This document shows positions 8,974-15,791 of a stretch of 28,902 bases of DNA, piece after piece. The notes under the pieces are model-generated. The model was not told where the DNA came from and did not search any database. It saw nothing but the letters and a program-made list of their open reading frames with translations. Location: NCBI GenBank assembly GCA_964458385.1, contig CAYWIS010000032.1, positions 1 to 28,902 of the forward strand, in the 5' to 3' direction. Position 1 is the stretch's first letter. Each line of letters starts with the position of its first letter. Both the position numbers and the translations under genes were made by a program. The DNA is from an uncultured Pirellulaceae bacterium (lineage in GTDB: Bacteria; Planctomycetota; Planctomycetia; Pirellulales; Pirellulaceae).

Positions 8974-10311
8974 TTAGTTGCTGGTCCAGATGCGACGCTG
9001 ACGGGAGGAAGGAATCCCCATCTTCTTGCGGTACTTGGTGATGGTCCGCCGCGCGACGTTGTAGCCTTGCGATTTCAGCCGCTTGACCAACTCGTCGTCG
9101 CTGTAGGGTTTGTGCTTGTCCTCCTGATCGATCAGGTCTTGGAGTCGCACGCGGATGGTGTCCCAGGCCACGTCTTCGCCGTCGTCACTCTTGGTGCCGC
9201 CGACAAAGAACCGCTTGAGCGGATAAATGCCGCGAGGGGTCTGAATCCACTTGTCGTCCACCGCTCGGCTAACGGTGGTGACATGGACGCCCACCTTATC
9301 GGCGATTTGCTGCATCTTGAGCGGCTCCAGCGCCTCGGGGCCTTCCTCGAGGAACTTGACCTGGTGGTCAATAATCGCTTGGGCCACGCGGGTCAGCGTG
9401 TTGCGGCGCTGCTCAATTGACTCAATCAGCCATTGGGCCGCATTGATCTTACGCTTGATAAATTCTTTTTCTTCGGGCGTGGCGTTCCCGTTCATCAGCC
9501 GCTTGCGGTAATAGGGGCTGATCCGCAAGGTCGGTGTGTCGCCGTCTTCCAGACGCACCACATACGTGCCGTTGCTGTCGCGCTCCACATACAAATCGGG
9601 CGTGACCGCACGGACGCTAACATCGCTGAAGTCGGCGCCAGGCTTGGGGTTCAGTTTCCGCAGCTCGTCCCAAGCGGCCTGAATGGTTTCCAGCGAGTAG
9701 CCGGTTTTGCGCTGGATGGCCGGCAGACGGTTGTCGCGAAGGTCCTCCAAGTGCCCCGAAATGAGCGTTTTCAGCTCTTCATAATAGGGCATGTCGGGAG
9801 TCAACTGCAGCAATAGGCATTCCCGCAACGAGCGAGCGCCCACGCCGGCCGGCTCCAAACTCTGCACCACATGCAGCGCTTCTTGCGCAATGGCTTGCAG
9901 TTCTTCGTCGGCGTTGGGAGGCAACAAGTCTTCCAAGTTGCCTTTGAGATATCCGTTGGAGTCCAGGCTGGAAATGATCCGCTCGCACATGGAGTGCACC
10001 TTGGGATCTAGCTCCAGCTCGCCCAGTTGGTGATCCAAGTAATCGTATAACGATTCGTGCCGCGCCAGGGCGTTGGCCATGGCGTCGTGCTTGCGGTCGG
10101 CCTCTTCGTCCAGGCGGGTGGCCGAGGGGCGAGTATGCTCCTCGTAGGTCTCGGGCAACTCGTCGCCCATGTTGAGCAGCCGCTCGAAATCTTCGGCGTT
10201 ATCGTGGGCGGTGTCCACGATCAGTTCTTTTTCGGTGTCGAGGGGCGAGTCGGGATCCTCGCGCTCCTCGGGCTCATCGGGCAAGTCGGGGTCGCGCTCT
10301 TGGATCTCCAA
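8974..10311 (-). CDS. rpoN: RNA polymerase sigma-54 factor RpoN, main body (regions II-III). The reading frame continues upstream but is interrupted by a TAG (see next feature).
   Basis: 445-aa ORF with the sigma-54 DNA-binding HTH (MQQIADKVGVHVTTVSRAVDDKWIQTPRGIYPLKRFF) and RpoN box (ARRTITKYRKKMGIPSSRQRR). It also has the acidic region II and the core-binding region. The listed start is a TTG that is simply the first start-type codon after an in-frame stop. Confidence 0.85.
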   Translation of the reverse strand: MEIQERDPDLPDEPEEREDPDSPLDTEKELIVDTAHDNAEDFERLLNMGDELPETYEEHTRPSATRLDEEADRKHDAMANALARHESLYDYLDHQLGELELDPKVHSMCERIISSLDSNGYLKGNLEDLLPPNADEELQAIAQEALHVVQSLEPAGVGARSLRECLLLQLTPDMPYYEELKTLISGHLEDLRDNRLPAIQRKTGYSLETIQAAWDELRKLNPKPGADFSDVSVRAVTPDLYVERDSNGTYVVRLEDGDTPTLRISPYYRKRLMNGNATPEEKEFIKRKINAAQWLIESIEQRRNTLTRVAQAIIDHQVKFLEEGPEALEPLKMQQIADKVGVHVTTVSRAVDDKWIQTPRGIYPLKRFFVGGTKSDDGEDVAWDTIRVRLQDLIDQEDKHKPYSDDELVKRLKSQGYNVARRTITKYRKKMGIPSSRQRRIWTSN

Positions 10312-10353
10312 AACCGGGTTCTCGATAACTTCCTGTTCGATGCGCTCTTGAAT

Positions 10354-10440
10354 CTACATCGACTGGATCATCCGCGGCGCCAGGATCATGGTCTGCTTTT
10401 GCTGGAGCTTCTGCTCCATGCCCATCGACATTTTCAACAT
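10354..10440 (-). pseudogene. rpoN: Detached sigma-54 region I fragment: 28 codons from ATG 10440, ending in an in-frame TAG (10356..10354), in the same frame as the rpoN body
   Basis: My translation of the minus strand gives ATG TTG AAA ATG TCG ATG GGC ATG GAG CAG AAG CTC CAG CAA AAG CAG ACC ATG ATC CTG GCG CCG CGG ATG ATC CAG TCG ATG TAG. This reads MLKMSMGMEQKLQQKQTMILAPRMIQSM*. It continues in frame as IQERIEQEVIENPVLEIQERDPD into the listed ORF. The Gln-rich leader ...QQKQ..L.P.M.QS. is the start of sigma-54 region I. Confidence 0.7.
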
Positions 10441-10519
10441 GGCTCTGCGCCTTCGGTTCCGAGAGGAAGAACTCGACGGTCCGTCAAGTCGCTTAAATCT
10501 AATTTACCATCTTTTCCAA

Positions 10520-11119
10520 CTAGAACTTCTGCCGACCCACCAGGGCGTCGGCCAGAATCTCCCGATTGGTGTATTCCAGGATGCTCCCGGTGGTGATGCC
10601 GCGGGCTAAGCGCGTAATGGTCACCGGGGCGTCGGCCAGGGCATTGGCAATGTGCAAGGCGGTGCCATCGCCCTCGACCGTAGGGTTGGTGGCCATAATG
10701 ACTTCCTGCACCTCGCCTTGATGCACGCGATTGACTAGCGCGTCGATCGTCAATTGGTCGGGGCCGATTCCCTCCAAGGGCGCGATCCTTCCCAACAACA
10801 CGTGATAAAGGCCACGGTAAACGCCAGCCTGCTCCAGGGCCATAACGTCGCGCGGCTGCTCGACCACGCACAGTTGCGATCGATCGCGCTGCGGGTCGCG
10901 GCAAATTTCGCACAATTCGTCTTCGGCCAGGAAGTAACATTGACGGCAATAATGCAGGTTTTCGCGGACGTTCCGGATCGCGTCCGCCAGCGCCAAGGCC
11001 TCGGCCTTGTTGACGCGAAGCACGTGATAAGCCAATCGCTCCGCCGATTTTTGTCCGATGCCTGGCAGCTTGGCGAATTGCTCGATCAAGTTCGCCAGCG
11101 ATTCGGAAAACTGCGCCAT
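10520..11119 (-). CDS. recR: Recombination protein RecR
   Basis: 199 aa. Helix-hairpin-helix LIEQFAKLPGIGQKSAERLAYHVL, C4 zinc finger CRQCYFLAEDELCEIC, and a Toprim region (CVVEQPRDVMALE ... VIMATNPTVEGDGTA). The start codon lies 3 nt after the ybaB stop. Confidence 0.95.
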   Translation of the reverse strand: MAQFSESLANLIEQFAKLPGIGQKSAERLAYHVLRVNKAEALALADAIRNVRENLHYCRQCYFLAEDELCEICRDPQRDRSQLCVVEQPRDVMALEQAGVYRGLYHVLLGRIAPLEGIGPDQLTIDALVNRVHQGEVQEVIMATNPTVEGDGTALHIANALADAPVTITRLARGITTGSILEYTNREILADALVGRQKF

Positions 11120-11122
11120 GAA

Positions 11123-11485
11123 TTACGCCTTTTCGCCTCCGCCGGTGAGCTGTTCCCAGGCCTTCTCCAACCCCGGCAGATCGAGCCCTGCGGCCAAGCC
11201 GCGCATCGCCTCGGCGTGGCGTTGCCGGGATTTGGCGATCGCTTCGTTCACGGCGGCCGGGATGAGGTCTTCAAGCATTTCCAGTTCGCCGCGCTCCAGC
11301 AACTGCGGATCGAGCTTGAGCCGCACGATCTCCCCCAAGCCGTTGGCCTCGACTTCGACCATCCCCGCTCCGACCGAGGCGGTCACCCGCTCGGACCGAA
11401 GGCGTTGATTGATCTCTTGCATCCTGCCGCCCATCTGTTGGGCTTGCTTCATCAGGGTGGTTAAGTTGCCTAGTCCTTTAAACAC
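11123..11485 (-). CDS. ybaB: YbaB/EbfC-family nucleoid-associated protein
   Basis: The listed ORF 11123..11560 would overlap the dnaX 3' end. The in-frame GTG at 11485 is preceded by GAAGGAG (6-nt spacer). It gives (M)FKGLGNLTTLMKQAQQMGGRMQEINQRL, the canonical YbaB N-terminus. 120 aa. dnaX-ybaB-recR synteny is classical. Confidence 0.9.
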   Translation of the reverse strand: MFKGLGNLTTLMKQAQQMGGRMQEINQRLRSERVTASVGAGMVEVEANGLGEIVRLKLDPQLLERGELEMLEDLIPAAVNEAIAKSRQRHAEAMRGLAAGLDLPGLEKAWEQLTGGGEKA

Positions 11486-11522
11486 GCGGGACTCCTTCAC
11501 GGGAACGGCAAGGCGCGGGGCG

Positions 11523-13286
11523 TTAATCGGCTCGCAGGATTTCGGCGTCGAAAAGGGCAATGGCCTCGCTGACCAGGGGATGCGAGCGTAGCTCAGCGAT
11601 CCGCTGTTGGCGAGAGACAGGACGACGCGCCATCTCTGGCGGAACCTCCTGGCGCACCGGCGCGGTTGCCTGGAATACTACTGCAATTGGCGTGCCAACA
11701 ATCGTCCGAATCGCTTCGTCAATTTTTTGCTTATGCTCCGGACGCTCGCATTGCTGGCGCTGAAAATTATAGTTCTCGGGAAAGGAGACGACCAGCCGAT
11801 TTGGCGCGGAAATTGCTACAGAGGTGGCGAACCGCGCAAAGTCCGCCGTCAGCCCTGTGAGCAGGTCGAGCGCCGCGCGCCATACTTGGGGCGCCGATTC
11901 GGCCGTCAGCTCAATGGCTGGCGTTGCTTCCGCTGGCGGAGCCGTCTCTGTAGCTGGGGGGGGGGGTGGCGCTGGGCTTGGAGCGACCGCCCGCGGCGCT
12001 CCGTTACTTGGTACGTTTTTTTTTTCGCCTACCGGGGGCGCGGGTGGCGCAGGGCGCGCGGGAGCGCGACCGGTGGACGAATTGGCCGGAGCGCCGTCGC
12101 GTACCGCCGCCACCAGCGACGCCAATTCGTCCAGGTTTTCCAGGTGGCAGGCTCGCACCAACGCTACTTCCAGTAGCACCCGGCCATGGGTGCTTTGTCG
12201 CATCCGCACCACCGCCTGATCGAGAATCTGCACAATCGCCAGGATGGTTTCCAACCCCAACCCTTCGGCGGCTGCACGCAAACGGGGGAAGTCGTTTGGC
12301 AGGGTGTGCAGCATCAGTTCTTCGCCGCATCCCACCGAGGCGGCCATCAGGTCGCGAAAGTACCCCAAGAGTTGCTCGGAAAGTTGGCCTACGTCGACTC
12401 CTTCACTCAAGGCGCGGTCCAGTTCCGCCAGCGCTCCCGCCGGATTGCGCGCGATCACTTGCCCCGCCAAAGTTTCAATTGCTCCGCCGCGAGCCGTGCC
12501 CAGCATAGCGTGCACATCGTCGGCGGTGATGGTGGAGCCACAGAACGATAAGAGTTGCTCCAACAGCGACTGGCTGTCGCGCATTGACCCGGCTGCACGG
12601 CGGGCTAGGAGTTGAAGGGCCTCGGGCTCCGCCTGAACGCCTTCTGACTCGACAATGTATCGCAGCCGTTCGCTGATGGCGTCGGTCTTGACCGGTGCAA
12701 AGTCGAACCGTTGGCACCGCGACAAGACGGTGATGGGGATCTTCTCTGGGTCCGTCGTGCAAAAAATGAACTTCACATGCTCGGGCGGCTCCTCCAAGGT
12801 CTTCAACAGCGCGTTGAAGGCCTGGTTGGTGAGCATGTGAACTTCGTCGATGATGTAGATCTTGAACCGCGCGCGGCTGGGACGCACGTTTACGTTGCTG
12901 CGCAACTGGCGGATCTCGTCGATGCCGCGGTTGCTGGCGCCGTCGATTTCCAGCACGTCTACGTCTTCCCCGGCGGCAATGCTGCGGCAAATGTCGCATT
13001 CATTGCAGGGGGTAGAGGTCGGGCCACGCTCACAGTTCAGCGCCTTGGCGAAGATACGGGCGGTGGACGTTTTGCCCACGCCTCGCGCGCCGGTAAACAA
13101 GTACGCATGGCCGACGCGGTTGGTGGCGATGGCGTTGCGCATCGCTTGGGCCACTTGCGGTTGGCCAACCAACTCTTCAAACGATTGGGGCCGATACCGC
13201 CGGGCGACCACAACATATTCGGCCGAGCGGCCCTCTTCAGTCGGAAGCGGTTGCGGGGCCTGAGCGGCCGTCGATTTCTTCGCCAT
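11523..13286 (-). CDS. dnaX: DNA polymerase III subunits gamma/tau (DnaX)
   Basis: The ATG at 13286 gives MAKKSTAAQ... (the listed 13340 start is a GTG). The AAA+ clamp-loader motifs are present: RYRPQSFEELVGQ, Walker A FTGARGVGKTSTARIFAKALNC, zinc module CNECDIC, Walker B IYIIDEVHML and sensor SRC (VLSRCQRF). A Pro/Ala-rich linker and a C-terminal tau-specific domain follow. 587 aa. Confidence 0.95.
   Translation of the reverse strand: MAKKSTAAQAPQPLPTEEGRSAEYVVVARRYRPQSFEELVGQPQVAQAMRNAIATNRVGHAYLFTGARGVGKTSTARIFAKALNCERGPTSTPCNECDICRSIAAGEDVDVLEIDGASNRGIDEIRQLRSNVNVRPSRARFKIYIIDEVHMLTNQAFNALLKTLEEPPEHVKFIFCTTDPEKIPITVLSRCQRFDFAPVKTDAISERLRYIVESEGVQAEPEALQLLARRAAGSMRDSQSLLEQLLSFCGSTITADDVHAMLGTARGGAIETLAGQVIARNPAGALAELDRALSEGVDVGQLSEQLLGYFRDLMAASVGCGEELMLHTLPNDFPRLRAAAEGLGLETILAIVQILDQAVVRMRQSTHGRVLLEVALVRACHLENLDELASLVAAVRDGAPANSSTGRAPARPAPPAPPVGEKKNVPSNGAPRAVAPSPAPPPPPATETAPPAEATPAIELTAESAPQVWRAALDLLTGLTADFARFATSVAISAPNRLVVSFPENYNFQRQQCERPEHKQKIDEAIRTIVGTPIAVVFQATAPVRQEVPPEMARRPVSRQQRIAELRSHPLVSEAIALFDAEILRAD
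12004..12026 (-). promoter_or_regulatory. dnaX: Candidate dnaX recoding site: A10 slippery run with a -1 frame TAA four codons downstream
   Basis: The mRNA sense strand reads G GAA AAA AAA AAC GTA CCA AGT AAC (T10 on the plus strand at 12016..12025). The zero frame gives EKKNVPSN. After a -1 slip or one extra A, the frame reads AAA CGT ACC AAG TAA, with the TAA at 12006..12004. The run contains A_AAA_AAA and A_AAA_AAC heptamers. It starts at codon 421, in the linker after the clamp-loader domains. Confidence 0.45.
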
Positions 13287-13560
13287 AACGCCGGATGGTG
13301 CGAACGAACAAGGAACTCCGCCCGTCAAGGCGTTGCGCACCGAAGATTACCTGCGTTAGTCGCCTCCGTCAATTTCGTCTGGCGCGCCTCAGGGAGAGAT
13401 CCTCAAAGAAGATAAGTTACGAGGACTAGGGCTATATCAACGTTTCGTTATGGGAGAGCGGCAGGGGCATTCTACGGCTGACGGCTAGCGTCTTGCCGCT
13501 CACGTTGCCCAGACGATTGGCAACCCTCATCTTGAACGTTGATCAAGGATTTCGCGCCGG

Positions 13561-13684
13561 CGCTCGCCACTGCCGGAAAGCGGCCCCCGCACAAGAGTAC
13601 CCCGCTTAGAGCTGCTCCAGTTAAGGCCTGACTCGGTTCACGGCTCCCCCTTGCGAGGGCCACTTTCCCGCAGTGATGCGAGCG
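13561..13684 (-). ncRNA. ffs: Signal recognition particle RNA (4.5S-type SRP RNA, ffs)
   Basis: The minus strand folds into one long hairpin. 5' CUGCGGGAAAGUGGCCCUCGC (13673..13653) pairs with GCGGGGGCCGCUUUCCGGCAG (13590..13570) at 20 of 21 positions, including 2 G-U pairs. An outer 7-bp extension pairs CGCUCGC (13684..13678) with GCGAGCG (13567..13561). The apical part, GUGAACCGAGUCAGGCCUUAACUGGAGCAGCUCUAAGCGG, matches the conserved domain IV pattern of E. coli 4.5S RNA (UCAGG-stem-tetraloop-stem-AGCAGC). Here the loop is a UAAC (URRC-type) loop instead of GGAA. The location directly upstream of dnaX-ybaB-recR is the classical ffs position. The ends are approximate. Confidence 0.7.
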
Positions 13685-13953
13685 ACAGTATGAGTATTGT
13701 TACCGCTTTCCCCCCGCAGGTAAAGCGGGCGACCCACAACGATTCTTTACAGGCAGCGCCTGTAAGAACTTTGAAATGAGAAAGAAGACGCCAAGAGCAG
13801 GATCAGCAACGCTCCTTCTGACTGTCGGGAAGCCACACGCACTCATTGCGATTGAGCAGGCGTCTGATCCGATGTGGGTTGTGATGCAGCAAGAACACGA
13901 ACGGCAAAAGCCGCTTGCCTCCAACAGGTGAGCGTCCCTTTGGAGAATCGGCG

Positions 13954-14655
13954 CTACTTCGGCTCAAAGAACATCATGTGTTGCCAGGGTAGCTCGTCAA
14001 ACTCCTTGACCAGCTTAAAACCGTTGGCGGTGAGTTCTTTGTTGATTTGCTTCTTGCTCATCTTGTGAAGCGGCTTGATGGGCACGGCGGGATCCTCGGC
14101 GCGGAACTCAACCAGCACTAGCCGACCGCTGGGCGCCAGCGCTTGCCGCATCGCCGCCAACATGTGCTCGGGATGCGAAAACTCGTGGTACACGTCGACG
14201 CACAAGATCAGGTCGACTTGGCCGGCGGGTAAGTGGGGATCAATGGGCGAGCCGTGAATGGGAGTGACGTTCGTAATGCCCGCTTTCTCGGCGCGCTCGG
14301 TCAGGAATTGCAGCATCTCGCGCTGGATGTCAACTCCGAGCACTTTGCCTTCAGGGCCGACCATTTTGGCGAGCTTGAGCGAATGATAGCCATTGCCGCA
14401 GCCCATGTCGCACACGGTCATGCCGGGTTTGACGCCCAGGTTCGCCAGCATCAGTTCGGCCCGTTCTTCGTTTTCGCGTGTGTCGCGGGTAAGCCATTCG
14501 GCGCCCAAGTAGTGCATCGTTTGGGCGATTTCTCGCCCCATATAGTGCGTCAGCGCCGGCGGCAGTTGCGGCGCCGTTGCTTGTTCCTGAGCCGTTAGCG
14601 AAACGGGCGCCAAGATGTACACGAACCCCAGCGCAAGCAAAGCGAGTCGTGGCAT
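13954..14655 (-). CDS. Class I SAM-dependent methyltransferase with a cleavable-looking N-terminal signal peptide
   Basis: 233 aa. The N-terminus MPRLALLALGFVYILAPVSLTAQEQ is signal-peptide-like. SAM-binding motif I is VCDMGCGNGYHS. It also has the post-I acidic residue (VLGVDIQ) and motif II-like LILCVDVYHE. Confidence 0.85.
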   Translation of the reverse strand: MPRLALLALGFVYILAPVSLTAQEQATAPQLPPALTHYMGREIAQTMHYLGAEWLTRDTRENEERAELMLANLGVKPGMTVCDMGCGNGYHSLKLAKMVGPEGKVLGVDIQREMLQFLTERAEKAGITNVTPIHGSPIDPHLPAGQVDLILCVDVYHEFSHPEHMLAAMRQALAPSGRLVLVEFRAEDPAVPIKPLHKMSKKQINKELTANGFKLVKEFDELPWQHMMFFEPK

Positions 14656-14777
14656 GACGAGAATTCACGAAAAGGGAGGTGACTACGCCGCCCGCCAGCG
14701 CGGCGTCTAGCTCGCATCCTAACAACCCCCACAGCGCAGTGAAAGAGTGACGGTGGCGATCTTCCTCATACGCCCAA

Positions 14778-15791
14778 TTAAATATGACCAAGCAAAACTT
14801 TTGCCGCTTGCCGGATTTTCATTTCATCGCCTTCCCGCGCGTCGTGGTATTGAAACAACTCCATGTACGTTGGTAGGTTCGCCGAACGCAGATAGATTGG
14901 CAGTAAGAGGTTGTCGCTGGACTTACGTTGACGTAAGAGCGCGATATTGAACTCCTCAAGACAGACTTTCGACTGAAGGTAATCGGGCGAGTATACGCAG
15001 ACCACTTTGCGGGAAGCGTCGAGCGCTTCAAATATCTTTTGCTGCCAAGCCGCCCCCGGGTTCAGTTCCAGGCGGTCAAGGAACAGCCGCAGCGAAGGTC
15101 GCTCTGTTCTCAGGGTGTCGACCAGGCAGTCCACCTCGTCCTTGTTCTTGTGACAGTAGCTAACAAAAACGTCGAACTCGAACGAGGGCGATGGCGGCGC
15201 CAAATAAGCGAAACGCTGCTTCACTTGCCGAAATACTTCCTGCTGTGCTTGAACGTCCACCGACTCGGAAACGACGATTTTGATACGATCCACGGGCAGG
15301 CCGATCGATAGCCAGTGGACGGCCGTGTCCGCTAATACCTCCAGCATCTTCTCGGGCGGCTCTTTCCGAGCGCCGGCCGCTACAACCGGCAGCGCAATTT
15401 GCGAGATGGGCGACGTCCTCGTGGTGAAGGGGAAGATGCTGCGGAAGATGTCTCCTACGACTTCCGCCACACTTCCTTGTTCAGGAGGCTCAAAGCAGAG
15501 GATTCGGCGGAAGGCAATATCTGGCCGATTAATTGGGCGCGATAGCCAACACGAAGAAAACGCCCGCAGATCCACCTCTTTGTCGCGGGCAAGCTCTTCC
15601 ACCGAAACGCCGCGCCGGTGGAGTGCGCCAATCACACTGGTCCGCGTGGGCAAATAATCGTTGGGAAAGGCGGAAACGACCAGTAAATCAACGGCCTCGT
15701 CCTGCGGCAATTGGGAAATGTCGCCGACGAACAGCATGACTGAGCGATCTTGGCCCTGGTGGGGAACAATAATCTGGCCAAGGAGTTTCAT
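14778..15791 (-). CDS. Two-domain protein: N-terminal macro-like domain (tentative) fused to a C-terminal TIR domain
   Basis: 337 aa. Residues of about 205-320 are a clear TIR domain: FDVFVSYCHKNKDEVDCLVDTL...FLDRLELNPGAAWQQKIFEALDASRKVVCVYSPDYLQSKVCLEEFNIAL. This shows the bA strand DVFVSY, W..I..AL..S, and the C.EE motif carrying the candidate catalytic Glu. Residues 1-195 show macro-like spacing. VMLFVGDISQLPQDEAVDLLVVSAF compares with canonical GDIT..DAIVNAAN, and ISQIALPVVAAGARKEPPEKMLEVLADTAVHWL compares with SIAFPAISTG..G.P. No Gly-rich GGGV loop is present. GGGAG lies 9 nt upstream of ATG 15791. Confidence 0.8.
   Translation of the reverse strand: MKLLGQIIVPHQGQDRSVMLFVGDISQLPQDEAVDLLVVSAFPNDYLPTRTSVIGALHRRGVSVEELARDKEVDLRAFSSCWLSRPINRPDIAFRRILCFEPPEQGSVAEVVGDIFRSIFPFTTRTSPISQIALPVVAAGARKEPPEKMLEVLADTAVHWLSIGLPVDRIKIVVSESVDVQAQQEVFRQVKQRFAYLAPPSPSFEFDVFVSYCHKNKDEVDCLVDTLRTERPSLRLFLDRLELNPGAAWQQKIFEALDASRKVVCVYSPDYLQSKVCLEEFNIALLRQRKSSDNLLLPIYLRSANLPTYMELFQYHDAREGDEMKIRQAAKVLLGHI

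Noticed and set aside
10754-11464. 236-aa plus-strand ORF
   Set aside because: It is antisense to recR and ybaB, both unambiguous. It is a shadow ORF.
12711-13415. 234-aa plus-strand ORF, plus several other plus-strand ORFs between 11560 and 13263
   Set aside because: All are antisense to dnaX and are low-complexity Arg/Gly/Ala-rich products.
13472-13663. 63-aa minus-strand ORF in the dnaX upstream gap
   Set aside because: It overlaps the SRP RNA hairpin. The openness of the frame is explained by the GC-rich RNA gene.
13700-13924. 74-aa Cys-rich minus-strand ORF between the methyltransferase gene and ffs
   Set aside because: It has no motif, no ribosome-binding site, and an odd composition. 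This region more likely holds the methyltransferase 3' UTR (hairpin ACAGGC-AGC-GCCTGT at about 13750..13764) and the ffs promoter.
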